A DNA stretch of 61,717 nucleotides, filler included, from Diploschistes diacapsis (lineage: Eukaryota), in NCBI GenBank assembly GCA_023645945.1. It is 6 parts of 6 records of this genome, joined end to end, with 100 filler letters (N's around TTAATTAATTAA, not from the genome) between each part and the next. Parts side by side here need not be neighbours in the genome. Positions count along the whole stretch, not along the records: positions 48,731 to 55,174 come from JALAIB010001393.1; positions 55,275 to 61,717 come from JALAIB010001394.1; 4 more parts are not named here. One strand, written 5' to 3'. Within the stretch, counting starts at the first letter, position 1; the number at the start of each line of letters is the position of its first letter. The notes under the pieces were generated by a model. The model saw only the letters and a program-made list of their open reading frames with translations. It ran no database searches and was not told the origin of the DNA. The position numbers were made by a program, and so were the translations under genes. Positions 50,847 to 61,717 of this stretch are shown here, piece after piece.

Positions 50847-52784
50847 ATGGCTAGCACGAATTTCAGAGATGCCATTGTGCGAACCGATGTTAAATGTGCG
50901 CATAATGAAGAGCACGATTACGAAACCCTGGATGATTCTGCGCTGGACGCCTCTAGTCCGAACAGGCCTTCAAGTGTAGGAATGCGAAGGGGATCCTCTT
51001 TTTTAAAGACTACTCCAACCTTCGCATCAGACGCGCCTTGGCATGACTTTGCAGTGAATGCGCAATCCGGTGCCGTGGAGCCCAACAACTCAAGCCAAAT
51101 GTTCGGTCGACCTCGGGCGCAAAACGTCCCTGGTCTCTCAGCACCGCATACCAATCTCTTCTCCCAGCATCCGTCCAATTGGCAGACGAATGGTATGCCC
51201 GAAATTTACTCAGCTGCGACTGGTCTCGACAATCTTGCTGATTTCGATGCCAACCCTCCGGCCTCTTTTGCGCCGGCCAGCCATCTCACCTCGTCAGGTC
51301 CAGCTTTCGATGGTCTTCAACTTAGTCCAACAGACGCTTACCAGCCACTCTCTGGCCTGCCCGCGTCGCCACAGTCTTGCAAAGAAGGCTGGATCTCGTG
51401 CTCCTCGTCGGATGGAGTGGATTACCGTGGGTTAGCGCAGCAAATGAGGACACAATCTCCATCCTTAGTTGCAAATACACATCTACTGCGACGCGATGGT
51501 ATCCGTAAGAAGAATGCCCGTTTTGAAATTCCCGCAGAGCGAAATCTCCGGACGATCGATCAGCTCATCAATCAGACGAGTGATGAGCAAGAATTGAAGG
51601 AGCTCAAGCAACAGAAGCGTTTATTACGCAACAGACAAGCAGCGTAAGATTAATCCGTGCGTTGACACCCACTCGACTGAACACTGCACAGACTCGATTC
51701 AAGGCAGCGAAAAAAGCAGCATACCGAACGTCTCGAGGAGGAAAAAAAGCACTACACGGCAGTCATCAGTGAGCTCGAAGACGCTTTGAACGATCTTAAA
51801 ATGCAGGAAGCCGAATGGACGACAACGAAAGAGAGTTGGGTCTCTCAGCAGCGACAGTATCAACAATACGTCGATGGTTTGATTTTGGAAAAGGAAGAGC
51901 TGGTCCGACGACATACTCTTGAAACTGGGGACCTGCGTAAAAAGAACGCTATACTGTCTGAGCAACTACAACGCATGGAAGGCGTTGGCATGTCAAACGC
52001 GCCAAGCTCTACAGGCTTCTCAGGCGAGTTCTGCGATTTCGACAATCTTACCATGAACAGTTGGGACGAGTTCCCAGTCAACAACGAATTCTCCATGGAA
52101 AGTGAGCCTCATGCTCAGAACAACGCAGGCACTACCCCTAAGAATGACGTCCACAACCTGAACCTGGGTGACGATAAGGCCGTTGCTTCAGGTTTCCTCT
52201 TAATGCTTTTACTGTGTGGTGCTTGGGTAGCTTCGCGAAGCTCAACGTCTTCTTCGCCCTTCCTTCCAGCCATTCCGGACGATATGCGAGCCGCTTCAGC
52301 AACCGTTTTGGACAATATTTACAAAGGCTCTGGTGTTACATTGGATGGCGTTACGGATGGCAACCCAATCGTGACCCCAGCGCGAAGAAGTTTCGTTGTG
52401 AATGGTCCACAAACCGCGCTCAGTGCTTTCGAACTTGCCAGTTTTACTCACACATCGCTGGAATCACTTCATCAGCGCTTAACAGCACCAACTGAGCAGC
52501 AGCAGCGCGAGCAAGCCTTCTCCTTGACGCCAACCCAATATAACGAGCTAGCTCCTCAAAATGCGTACCCGGATTCAAACTTCTTCGGGAGTCCTGATGC
52601 TAAAAATGTCGGTCAAGTTCTGGGTGCCGCCGATACCGCTTGTGAAGGAAATATGGGAGATACTTATGCAAAATCTCTTCTGAAAGGCAGAGTATCGACC
52701 CAGGTACTCAAGGACTTTGCTCGTATGGTTGCTGAAAGCCGTCCTCAACCTTCCGCGCCATGGAAGTTTGAACAGCTTGGTTGA
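50847..52784 (+). CDS. bZIP transcription factor with downstream hydrophobic segment; intron 51644-51691
   Basis: KRLLRNRQAA|LDSRQRKKQHTERLE basic region, a coiled coil, then VASGFLLMLLLCGAWVAS. Confidence 0.85.
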
Positions 52785-53313
52785 ACCTCATCCACGGGCT
52801 CTGCAGGAGCATCACAGGAGCTTCCATGCTGCTGCTCTCTGCATCACCATGAATTGTCCCGACTTTGGTCATCCTTTGGTCAAAGTTCTACAATTCGCTT
52901 GAGTGAAGCTTTGTACCATGGCACCTAATATTGATGATGAGAACGAGGCTCCCGCATGATTTTATGGACGATCTTACGATATACTGACTCCGAGCGAGCG
53001 TTCAACTTCCTGTTAACCAACAACGACTTGCCTTTTCCTCGTTCACGGCGGAATGATTGATACGGAATTTGACCAGCATATAGCACTTCACGACAGATTT
53101 ATGAATTGAATGATGATGACCTGGCTTTGAGTGGGAGAGCAATCATTGACCGTTGGGAACTGGCTTTTAAAACCATGTTACGTAAGGGTTCGAATTTAAT
53201 TGCATCTCCTACTGACGCTGTTGTTATGTCCTTTTGCATCTTCAACTATCTGTGGTTCGCCATGCGTAATACCGTCAACGCTCAGTCTGTAGTTGCTCGA
53301 CTTGCAGTGCACA

Positions 53314-54717
53314 CTATTGTGCACCGTATTTGTCCTTCCATATCCTGTTATTCAGAGCATTAGTGTATTCGTTCGCTCTAACCGCGCGTCTACAGGATTC
53401 GAGGAAGTGGACGAGGTACTCGGAATATTCCAAGTTTGAGACCACCTACCAAGAATTCCCAAGGATCTTGTTGCCCCTTTCTTCTGCTTTCCTGTAGTAG
53501 TCGGCAGCCTTGAATTTGTCCCTCTTCGTTCCGAGCCCCTCCTCGTAGCAGCGGGCAACTTCAACCATTGCATCAGTATCTCCAAGGTTCGCCGCCGTCT
53601 CATAGTAGCTGCGAGCAAACACCGCATCTTTCGCTACGCCCCAGCCGTTGCGAAAGCAATTCCCAAGCTCGAATATCGCTAGCACTAGTTCCCCCTTGGC
53701 TGCTCCGCCCCTCTTCATTCCTGAGGCCAATGCCTGAGATTCCACCAGACCTGAATTTTCGGCAGCCTTGGACAGATACGTTATGGCAAGGGGCAAGTCT
53801 AGTTCAACGCCCCAGCCGTGCCTGATAGCGCCTTGTAGTCAGCAATTCGCCTCCAACGACGTCTCGCAGACTAATCTGAGCCTGGCAAACATCCGATAAT
53901 GATCGACAAGTAACGTGCGGGATCATCGCTGACTGGCTCACCTCAGTGCCAGTCCGTACAGGACCTGAGAGAGCGCATTGTTTGCACCTTGAGGGTTCGC
54001 AAGGCGACCAAACATGGCCGTAGAAGCTTTCAAGTCTTCGAGTCTGCATTAGAGCTTTCCTATGGAGGTTTAGCCTGTGCACTCACCACCTGCTTCATGT
54101 AATCTAATGGCTTCTTGGATGTCGTCCTGGCTATAGATTTAGAACCCCTGCAACACGCTATAGATTTATTGGCGTACATCACCCTGATCATCGTTTATGC
54201 TCCTTGTGGACGGCGACTGACTGTGGCTGTCCTTGGTGTGCCCCGGTGAGCTTTGGAGGATATGAAATTGCGACGCCGACCCCAATGCTGCGTTGCCTTG
54301 CGCCAAGATTGTTGCACGTTTCTCCCATTCGGCCTCTCTCTCCTCCGGGTCACTGGTAGAGCTGGTCACGATTGATGGCAAGTCTTTGAGGATGTTGGTG
54401 AAGCTCGACTCGTGCCTGGAATGCGGACGAAAATGTATTATAGACGATACCTTTCCTCTTCTACCAAGGTTATGGGCTGATTTCGACGGGGTTCGCGAAA
54501 CGCTGTTCTCAATGGCTTGATCACCTGTGATAGATACTCTTCTGCCTCCCCCAGCACCTTCCTCAGACGCGAACGAGGGTGGATTCAATATCTCTTGCGT
54601 ATTGGTGTCGCTCCGAACGATCATCACCTCTGGTTTCCTAGGTTCACTATTGTCGGTTCCTCGATGGCTCCTTTTTAGACCGTCTTTCTTTTTCAGGAGG
54701 TCACGTAGGCCTGTCAT
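53314..54717 (-). CDS. Sel1/TPR-repeat protein (Dsf2-like); 5 exons
   Basis: IQEAIRLHEAG, SQVLYGLALR|HGWG, AIFELGNCFRNGWG, YYETAANLGDTDA, GNSW|IWKDKY. Confidence 0.85.
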
Positions 54718-54915
54718 CCTGGTCGCTATAAGAAAATGTGGCGCTAGAGACCTGGATATTGTGTCTGTCGTTGTGACATAGGTCTACTAGCATGTACTAC
54801 ACGAGCATGTCTGCTTGCCAGTGGGATAAATTAGGTCTGGCATCTCTGATTGCCCCATAAAGCGACTCAGCCCCACTGTTAAGCGCCGCGGTAAACAGAA
54901 CGCTTACAACACATA

Positions 54916-55174
54916 ACGTGTTTCCCCAGGAAACGGGTCACCCCAGGAAGCGGGTTACTCATTATAATATAAATGCGCTAGATAGTTTTAAGCGAGCTTT
55001 TAAACCCCACAACCACACATAAAATTATTTGTACCAAATTAAATCTTTTTAATTATATTACCCCACTTTTATTTTTACGCGGCCGTTTTTCGGCCTTTTT
55101 TTAATTCGTTCAAATATTTCTCCATAATATAAATCTATCCTATTATTACATACGAAACTAATATATTTATAAGG
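54916..55174. mobile_element. End of a pogo-type element related to the 49638-49846 MITE, truncated at contig end
   Basis: TA then ACGTGTTTCCCCAGGAAACGG...; about 140 bp aligns to the reverse complement of the MITE's right half, with many G>A/C>T changes. Confidence 0.8.
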
Positions 55175-55274
55175 NNNNNNNNNNNNNNNNNNNNNNNNNN
55201 NNNNNNNNNNNNNNNNNNTTAATTAATTAANNNNNNNNNNNNNNNNNNNNNNNNNNNNNNNNNNNNNNNNNNNN
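55175..55274. other. Artificial contig spacer
   Basis: N44-TTAATTAATTAA-N44. Confidence 0.98.
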
Positions 55275-55362
55275 CCCTTCCTCTCCACCCTCTCACAACC
55301 CCAGCTCCAATCCGGCCCCCTCCCCGACGGCATAACCCTCGTCTCCGCCCCGAACCTAACAG

Positions 55363-55733
55363 AATGGACCATGGACATCCGGGTGCTCGACCCGAACCCC
55401 ATCTACCTGCACCAAACCTTCCGCCTCCGCTTCCGCTTCTCACCCCACTATCCGATCGAGGCCCCCGAAGTCGTCTTCGTCCACCTGACCGACCCGCCGC
55501 GGCCCATCCCCATGCACCCGCACGTCTACAGCAACGGCATCATATGTCTGGACCTGCTGGACCGCGCGGGCTGGAGCCCCGTGCAGAACGTCGAGAGCGT
55601 GTGCATGTCCCTGCAGAGCATGCTGACGGGGAACACGAAGAACGAGAGGCCAGAGGGGGACGAGCTGTTCGTGCGGACGAATCGCGCGAGGCCGAGGGAT
55701 GTGCGGTTTGATTTTCATGATGATAAGTGTTAG
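55363..55733 (+). CDS. UBE2W: Ubiquitin-conjugating enzyme E2, UBE2W-like; last exon only (5' exons missing)
   Basis: CTAACAG acceptor, then YPIEAPEVVF...HPHVYSNGIICLDLL...WSP...SLQSML...FHDD. Confidence 0.85.
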
Positions 55734-56064
55734 GGTTGGGGACTTGGTTGGCGCTTGGGGTGTTGTTTTGAGGGTTATGGGTGCTACTGTGGATGTTCAT
55801 GAGCGAGCATTGTTTATGGGTGCACTTTCACTTTGCGGTGTGGGTCTTGGTTTGGAGTTTGGAGAAGGCATTGACAGCTGCGGCTGTTTGATGTTTTGGT
55901 CTTTCTTGTTTAGCGCATTTCTATCAGATACGGGGTATCTTGGGACAGTTCCATGCTTAGGTATAGTAGCTTGGACGATTAGTCGCGGGAAAGTTGACCA
56001 AGTGAGTATAGCGCATTCGATATACTGGAATGGATTCTGCCCTTAAAGACTTCAATATAGCGAG

Positions 56065-58349
56065 CTACTCGGCTTCCTCTGCTCCAAAACTGCGCTGCTC
56101 CAGAGCCGCATCCATCATCTTTCTGCCATTAATAATGCCCGTCGTGCAAATCAGAATCTTCCTGTTCGAGTCTCCTTTCTCCAGGAATCTTAGCGCCGCA
56201 ATCTCTGTTCTCGTGATACCGCCCAGAAACATGACAACGACCGTCTTCTTAGCTCCTGTTCCACTTAGAATAGCCCGAGCTTTCGTGGCCGCTTCCTCGC
56301 CCTTCTGTACTTTGTTGAAGGTCTGCCCTTTGGTTGCCTTCAATGCGTCTTCAAAGCCTTGCCATCCGTGTGCCGCGGTGCTGATACCTCCAGCATTAGT
56401 ACTGGGCTGAGACGAAGACTTTGCAAAAGACAACAGATATTGTTTCTGCAAGACACACTGTACCAAACGCACACTCAGGGGCGCATACCCGCTGTAAACG
56501 TAAGCAATGTCATCTGGGTCCTGTTCATTGACTTCATCAACAATCAGTCGGAGAGCTTTGCGGAGATAGTTATAGTTTGTTTTCGTAGGTGCTGATGCCT
56601 GCCCGCTGCCTGTAGGGAGGGCGAATACATTTCCAGATGCCCTTGACACTAATAGCTGCATTTTCTCCAACGCATCCAATGTAAGTACGTGCTGGTAGCC
56701 ATAAGCTTGCAGAATCAGCGTCCGAAAGTTATCCAAATCCTTCGGTCGAAGGCCGCCAGAAACACAAGACTCCAAGCAGAGGAGCCGAAGAACTATAGGC
56801 AGAGGAGTATCTCGTGCTATGAGTTCCTCGATCGCGTCATGCTGTGAACTTGGGTCCGCCCCGGCAGCGAGATTCTGTTGAGCTTCTAGAATCCGCACGA
56901 ACGCTTCAGACCGAGTGTGCTTCATTATTTCCTCTGCCAGGCTGGTGTGTATTTTCAAGCTTTGCTGCTCCGCTTGATACCCCGGCAATTTGGCGACGAA
57001 TTCACGGAGCTCTGTAGTCGAGGTGGAATGTCGTGACTCGTAGTCGTTTGCCAGCCTCCGCGCTACCTTGTTCAAGGCCGGACCAACCACGGCAAAATTG
57101 GAATCTCGTAATTGGCTATACAACTTATCAGAGGAGTCAAGCACGATTTTTCTTTTCGTGCCCTGAGCAGCATTACTCTGTTGCCCCGGAGCCGGTCCCA
57201 CAATTGAGGTGTCGATTTCGGCCTGATTGTCTTTGATACCGTACATCTCATCGATCAGACCCTCGTAGGTAAGTTGGGTGAGGAGCACGCTTCCGAAATC
57301 TACTTCCCGGTCAATAATGACCAGGCTCTCTATGCTAGCGCTAGGCATCATCCCAATTCCAGAAGTACTGGCACGCTCTTCGGCACTTGCTTCCGACCGC
57401 ATTCTCAGCAGAAGCTCCATTAATCTTTGGGCATTATCGCCCTTTCCAATGATTCTAGGAAATAGCCCGTATTCATTCTGTAGGAGCATCAATGCTCTAG
57501 CTGCCAGAAAGATGCATGTTGGGATTTTTTGCTGTCTCTGTGTTAGACATAGGGACAACGCGACGAACGGACGCCATACTAGGTAGAGATCTGAGAAGCC
57601 ATCCTCGAGCTCTAGGGACAGCAGGTCATGATCTAGTGGTAGGAAGTATAGTGGAAACTCGTCCACGACAAGGTCACCGAGGACCCCGGCATCCTCAAAT
57701 ATCTTGTTCAAGACGAGGGTTTTCCGTGGGGTGCTAAACACGGAGAACTCATGCTCAATCTCGCCATTCTGCTGCAACCGTTTGATCTGTTCTGAGGTTC
57801 ATGTGAGCATGTAATGATGTCGCTTCAACTATGGCGAGCAAGTACAGCGCTATAGACCATGCTTAATTCAATTCTAATCTTGGGATTAAGACTGACTAGG
57901 AAGAGTAGAGCATTGGTCTAACTAGTCTACTTTTGCCTCCCTATCATCAATACAACGATAATAAAAGTACTTGCAGAACAGAGAATATGTGAGAGTGCGA
58001 TGACAATGAAAGCTTACCTGCAATAGCTAGCGGGCGATCAGCGCCCTCGCCTCTTGTTAGGAAAACGACGTTTCGCTGAGAAGAGTCGACATTGTTGTTC
58101 TCCAAAAAGAAGACCTTGTCGACCCCATACTGCTGTAGAGTAGAGAACTTGACAAAGAGACCCGTGGGACCCGCAAGTGATTTATCAATAACAAGATTTT
58201 TCTTGCCTCGGACCTAGAGGGATGTAAGCTCCCATTCTCTTCTACAATATGACCCGTGTACCCTTACATACGCCTTCGAGCAGATCCAGGATGTCTTTTC
58301 GCGCCTTTTCTCTGACCCGCTCAGTATCGATTCCCGGGTGAGGTGCCAT
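56065..58349 (-). CDS. VPS33: Sec1/Munc18-family vacuolar sorting protein Vps33; 4 exons
   Basis: VRGKKNLVID, DLLSLEL, IIDREVD...LTQLTYEGLIDE, VYSGYAPLSVRLVQ, FLGGITRTEIAALRF. Confidence 0.93.
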
Positions 58350-58737
58350 GCTTGGCTATCAAACTGGATAGGTAGATGGCTAGTCGATGTTGATTCAATA
58401 CGTTTGAAGGCCAACGTCCATCCACATCTCGAAAGGGAAGGCAACCTGAAGCCGTTTTTTGCACTGGAGCTTACCCCTGTTGGGCGGTGAGTGGCAGAAT
58501 ATTTACTGCGGGAGAGCTTGCAAGTTAATTGCCAGCGCGAACGAACAACAGCCTGCATCTTGGAGGGGCACTCTGAGTCAAATCAATCTGGCATCCATTC
58601 GTGTATGGTTTGTTCGCTGCAGGCCAAGCGGAGGGCTTGTACAATCATTCTTTACTTCACCTTCTGCCCGCCGCCAGGTGGATCGACGCATTATATCAAG
58701 GATTAGTGGAAAGCTTTACCATAAGGAAGCCGCCGAG

Positions 58738-60849
58738 ATGGGGAAAGAGAAAGTTTCCTTTCAGTTAAAGACGCCGAAAGGGACACGAGATTGTAGAATT
58801 GTTGAACGCAAGAAAGACGTTGCTGATGCTTTCCAGGGGATGGGAAAGATATGGTTATCCGTGACCGGATCTTCTCGACAATCACAAAGATCTTCAAACA
58901 GCATGGAGCAGTCACAATTGATACGTATGTCGCTCCACCTTTTGTTCCCTTGCAACAGCTTTCAACATATGCGAGTGAATAACTTGCGGTCCTGTGCCAT
59001 ACTGTCACGCCTCCTCGGCCTCTTCTTATCCATCTCGGCCAGTCCAAGCTTCCATATAGCCATGCTGATTAAAGTTCCCAGCCCCGTCTTCGAGCTCAAA
59101 GAAATACTCTCTGGAAAATACGGTGAAGATAGCAAACTCATTTACGACCTTCAAGATCAAGGAGGCGAACTATGCTCGCTTAGGTACGATTTAACGGTAC
59201 CGTTTGCCCGATGGCTTGCCATGAACAGCAGCATTCAGAACATAAAAGTAAAGTCTGGGGCCGCAACAAGCCTGAGTGTATACTGAAAGGAATAGCGCTA
59301 CCACATTTCCAAAGTGTACAGACGCGATCAGCCAGCGGTGACCAAAGGACGAATGAGAGAGTTCTGGGCACGTCCCCTACAGACACTTCTGCAACCTCGA
59401 GTCTAATACGCTAGCAGCAATGCGACATCGACTTTGCAGGAACCCATGATGCGATGGTTCCCGATGCTGAGATCCTAAGAATAGCTGTGGAGGTCTTCGA
59501 GGGTCTAGGGTGGAAGGGGCGGTACAGCATCAAGGTCAACCACCGACAGATTCTCGACGGAATGTTCGCCGTATGCGGTGTTCCTCAGGACAAGATCCGA
59601 ACGATCAGCAGCGCAGTTGACAAATTAGACAAGTCCCCTTGGGAAGAAGTCAAAAAAGAGATGGTCGATGAAAAGGGCCTGCCGAAGGAGGTTGCGGATA
59701 AGATCTGGAGCTTCGTGCAGAAAAAAGGGGGGAGGGATGTCCTGCAATATCTTCAATCCGAAGAGTCGCTGAAGAGCAACGAGAGCATGACGAAAGGTTT
59801 GGCGGATATGGAGTTGCTATTCACATACCTCGACGCGTTCGGTATAACGGACAAGGTCGAATTCAACCTCTCTCTTGCCAGAGGGCTTGATTATTACACT
59901 GGAGTCATATACGAGGTCGTGACTGAAGGCTCCGCACCACCGGCCTCCTCGGCCGATCCAACGGCCATCGCCCCTCCGAAACCGTCAGGGAAGAAATCCA
60001 AATCAAAAGCAAAAGAAGAAGACGAGGATCGTTCCGACGACCCAACCATTGGCGTAGGCAGTGTAGCCGCGGGAGGCCGGTATGACGGGCTGGTGGGCAT
60101 GTTCTCCGGAAAGAACCAGATTCCTTGCGTCGGGATATCTTTTGGTGTCGATCGGATATTTTCTGTGACCAAGGCGAGGATGGAGGCCGACAAAGCTGTT
60201 CAAGCTGTTCGGAGTACGGAGGTGGACGTGTATGTGATGGCGTTTGGATTCGGGAAGACTTTCTCGGGGTTCTTGACGGAACGCATGGAGGTCTGTAGGA
60301 CGTTATGGGAGGCCGGCATCAAGGTACGCCATTTGCTACCGCTTGACTGGTTCTTGTCCTTTCACTTTCTCTGGCCCCCCATCCTTCACTATGTTCCCTT
60401 TCCCTATTTACAATTTTATGCCCCTCCACCCCTTTCGCCCTCCTCCCTTTCCTTTGAAGCAGCCATTAAACGCCTACTCATCTCTCCACCAGGCCGAATT
60501 CTCCTACAAACTCAAACCCAAGCTCCCCGCGCAGTTCAAGCTCGCCGAAGCAGGCGGCGTGCCCTTTGCCGTCATCCTCGGCGAGGAAGAGCAAGCGCAA
60601 GGGAAGGTCAAGATCAAGGAGATGGGCTTGCCGGACGGACACCCGGAGAAGGACGGCGTGCCGGTCGATCTGAAGGATCTTGTTTCGGAGGTCAGGGCGA
60701 GGTTGAGGAGGAAGGCGGAGGAAGAGGGAGGGGGGATGGAAGAGGGGCGGGAAGTAGCAGGTGATGGTGCGGCGGATACTAAGAGAGAGGGTGCGGGTGC
60801 GCAGGGAGTTGTGGATAGGACGAAGGAGGGGAGTGCGGGTGGGAGGTAG
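58738..60849 (+). CDS. HTS1: Histidyl-tRNA synthetase; 6 exons; probable non-AUG N-terminal extension
   Basis: [50 protein letters not shown]...[36 protein letters not shown]. Confidence 0.96.
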
Positions 60850-61074
60850 TAGAAGGCAAAAAGGTGGACGAGGGGCAGTCCAAAAGATGTGATGGATGGG
60901 TCTCGCTTGCTTGCTGCATCATCCCATGGCGTTTGGGAGGGAAGGGGAGATACCACTTCCGGCAACAGACATCGGAGGTAAACGATGGCAGGCGAGTTGT
61001 TATGCCCATGCGTGCTGTACAACACGCAACAACTCCGCGGACACTCAGCCCATCCCACCCGTTCCCCTTGATTC

Positions 61075-61520
61075 TCGCTGCTGCTGCTGCTGCGCCTGGC
61101 CGACAACTTGTATCGATCTGCACTCGGCTGCCACACACCATGTTCTTAACGTAGGTGTTGTATATAGTGTTCGACGCAAGCTGCAGCAACGCTGCTTGAC
61201 TGACAACCGGCCCCGGCCACCTCTCCCTGGGTGTCCGTACCTCCTGTTTTGAGGTATGATGGGGCTTGCTGTTTCTGAGCGTGCGGGGCAAGTGCATGTC
61301 GCGCATGAGCGAGCTGTAGCACATCAGCCTGTATGCAGGGTCGGGCGGCATGGCTACTGTTGTTGTTACTGTTGCTGCTGCGTAGGTTTATTCTGGCTTC
61401 GCTTACGAGCGAGCGATAAAATACGATACGATACAATACAGTTACGACGGGAATGCGATATGATGCTATGATACGATCTGAACTTGATGCCGCCGCCGCC
61501 GCCGCCGCTGCTGCTGCTGA
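61075..61520. repeat. Low-complexity cluster: (GCT)n, (TGT)n, (GATAC)n, (GCC)n
   Basis: Short simple repeats read directly downstream of HTS1. Confidence 0.7.
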
Positions 61521-61717
61521 TAGGAGATAGGACATGGGACGGCGCACCCAGCATCCCTCGATCCATGTAGAGAGGGTGGAGAAATGCTGTAGTCGCGGCG
61601 GCCGTGTTCCCCACTTCCTCTCTCTTGTCTTCTCTTGTCTTCTCTTTTGTTCGGCTCTCTTCTCTTGACTTCCCCCCCCCCCTATTTCCCCGACCTTCTC
61701 TCTTCACACCATGCCTC

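Noticed and set aside
60343..60764. Apparent frameshift at the HisRS C-terminus
   Set aside because: Explained by an ordinary GT-AG intron at about 60324-60492.

Overview
Eukaryotic DNA from a filamentous ascomycete (Pezizomycotina-type genes, many 43-55 nt spliceosomal introns with CTRAY branch sites). The window is not one locus. It holds six contigs joined by artificial 100-nt spacers (N44-TTAATTAATTAA-N44), and the last five are size-ordered (6458, 6457, 6447, 6444, 6443 bp), so adjacency across spacers means nothing. Contig 1 (1-28968) is a dense housekeeping block: TEL2, UBA3, NDUFS2, RPC40, an F-box-like protein, fumarate reductase-cytb5, a FAS1 protein, SIN3, DUS2, a small secreted Cys-rich protein, a kelch pseudogene, IPP1 and mL53. 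The small contigs carry a SUT1-like transporter, UPF2, CENP-L, a minimal alkyltransferase, a DUF6594-like pseudogene, a FAM32A-like gene, the 5' end of HCS1, a membrane-anchored bZIP, a Sel1 protein, UBE2W, VPS33 and HisRS. The best candidate for something new is a tiny non-coding copia-type LTR retroelement (TRIM-like, about 292 bp): 72-bp LTRs, a half-tRNA-iMet primer site and a PPT, plus a solo LTR with a perfect 5-bp TSD on another contig. Also notable are pogo- and Tc1-type MITEs beside RIP-like decayed relatives, an apparent GT-GG intron, a GC-AG/NAGNAG intron, a 6-nt micro-exon, a probable CUG-initiated mitochondrial HisRS extension and an unexplained hairpin-dense segment of about 290 nt. 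All calls come from reading the sequence and recognising motifs; no database searches were run.
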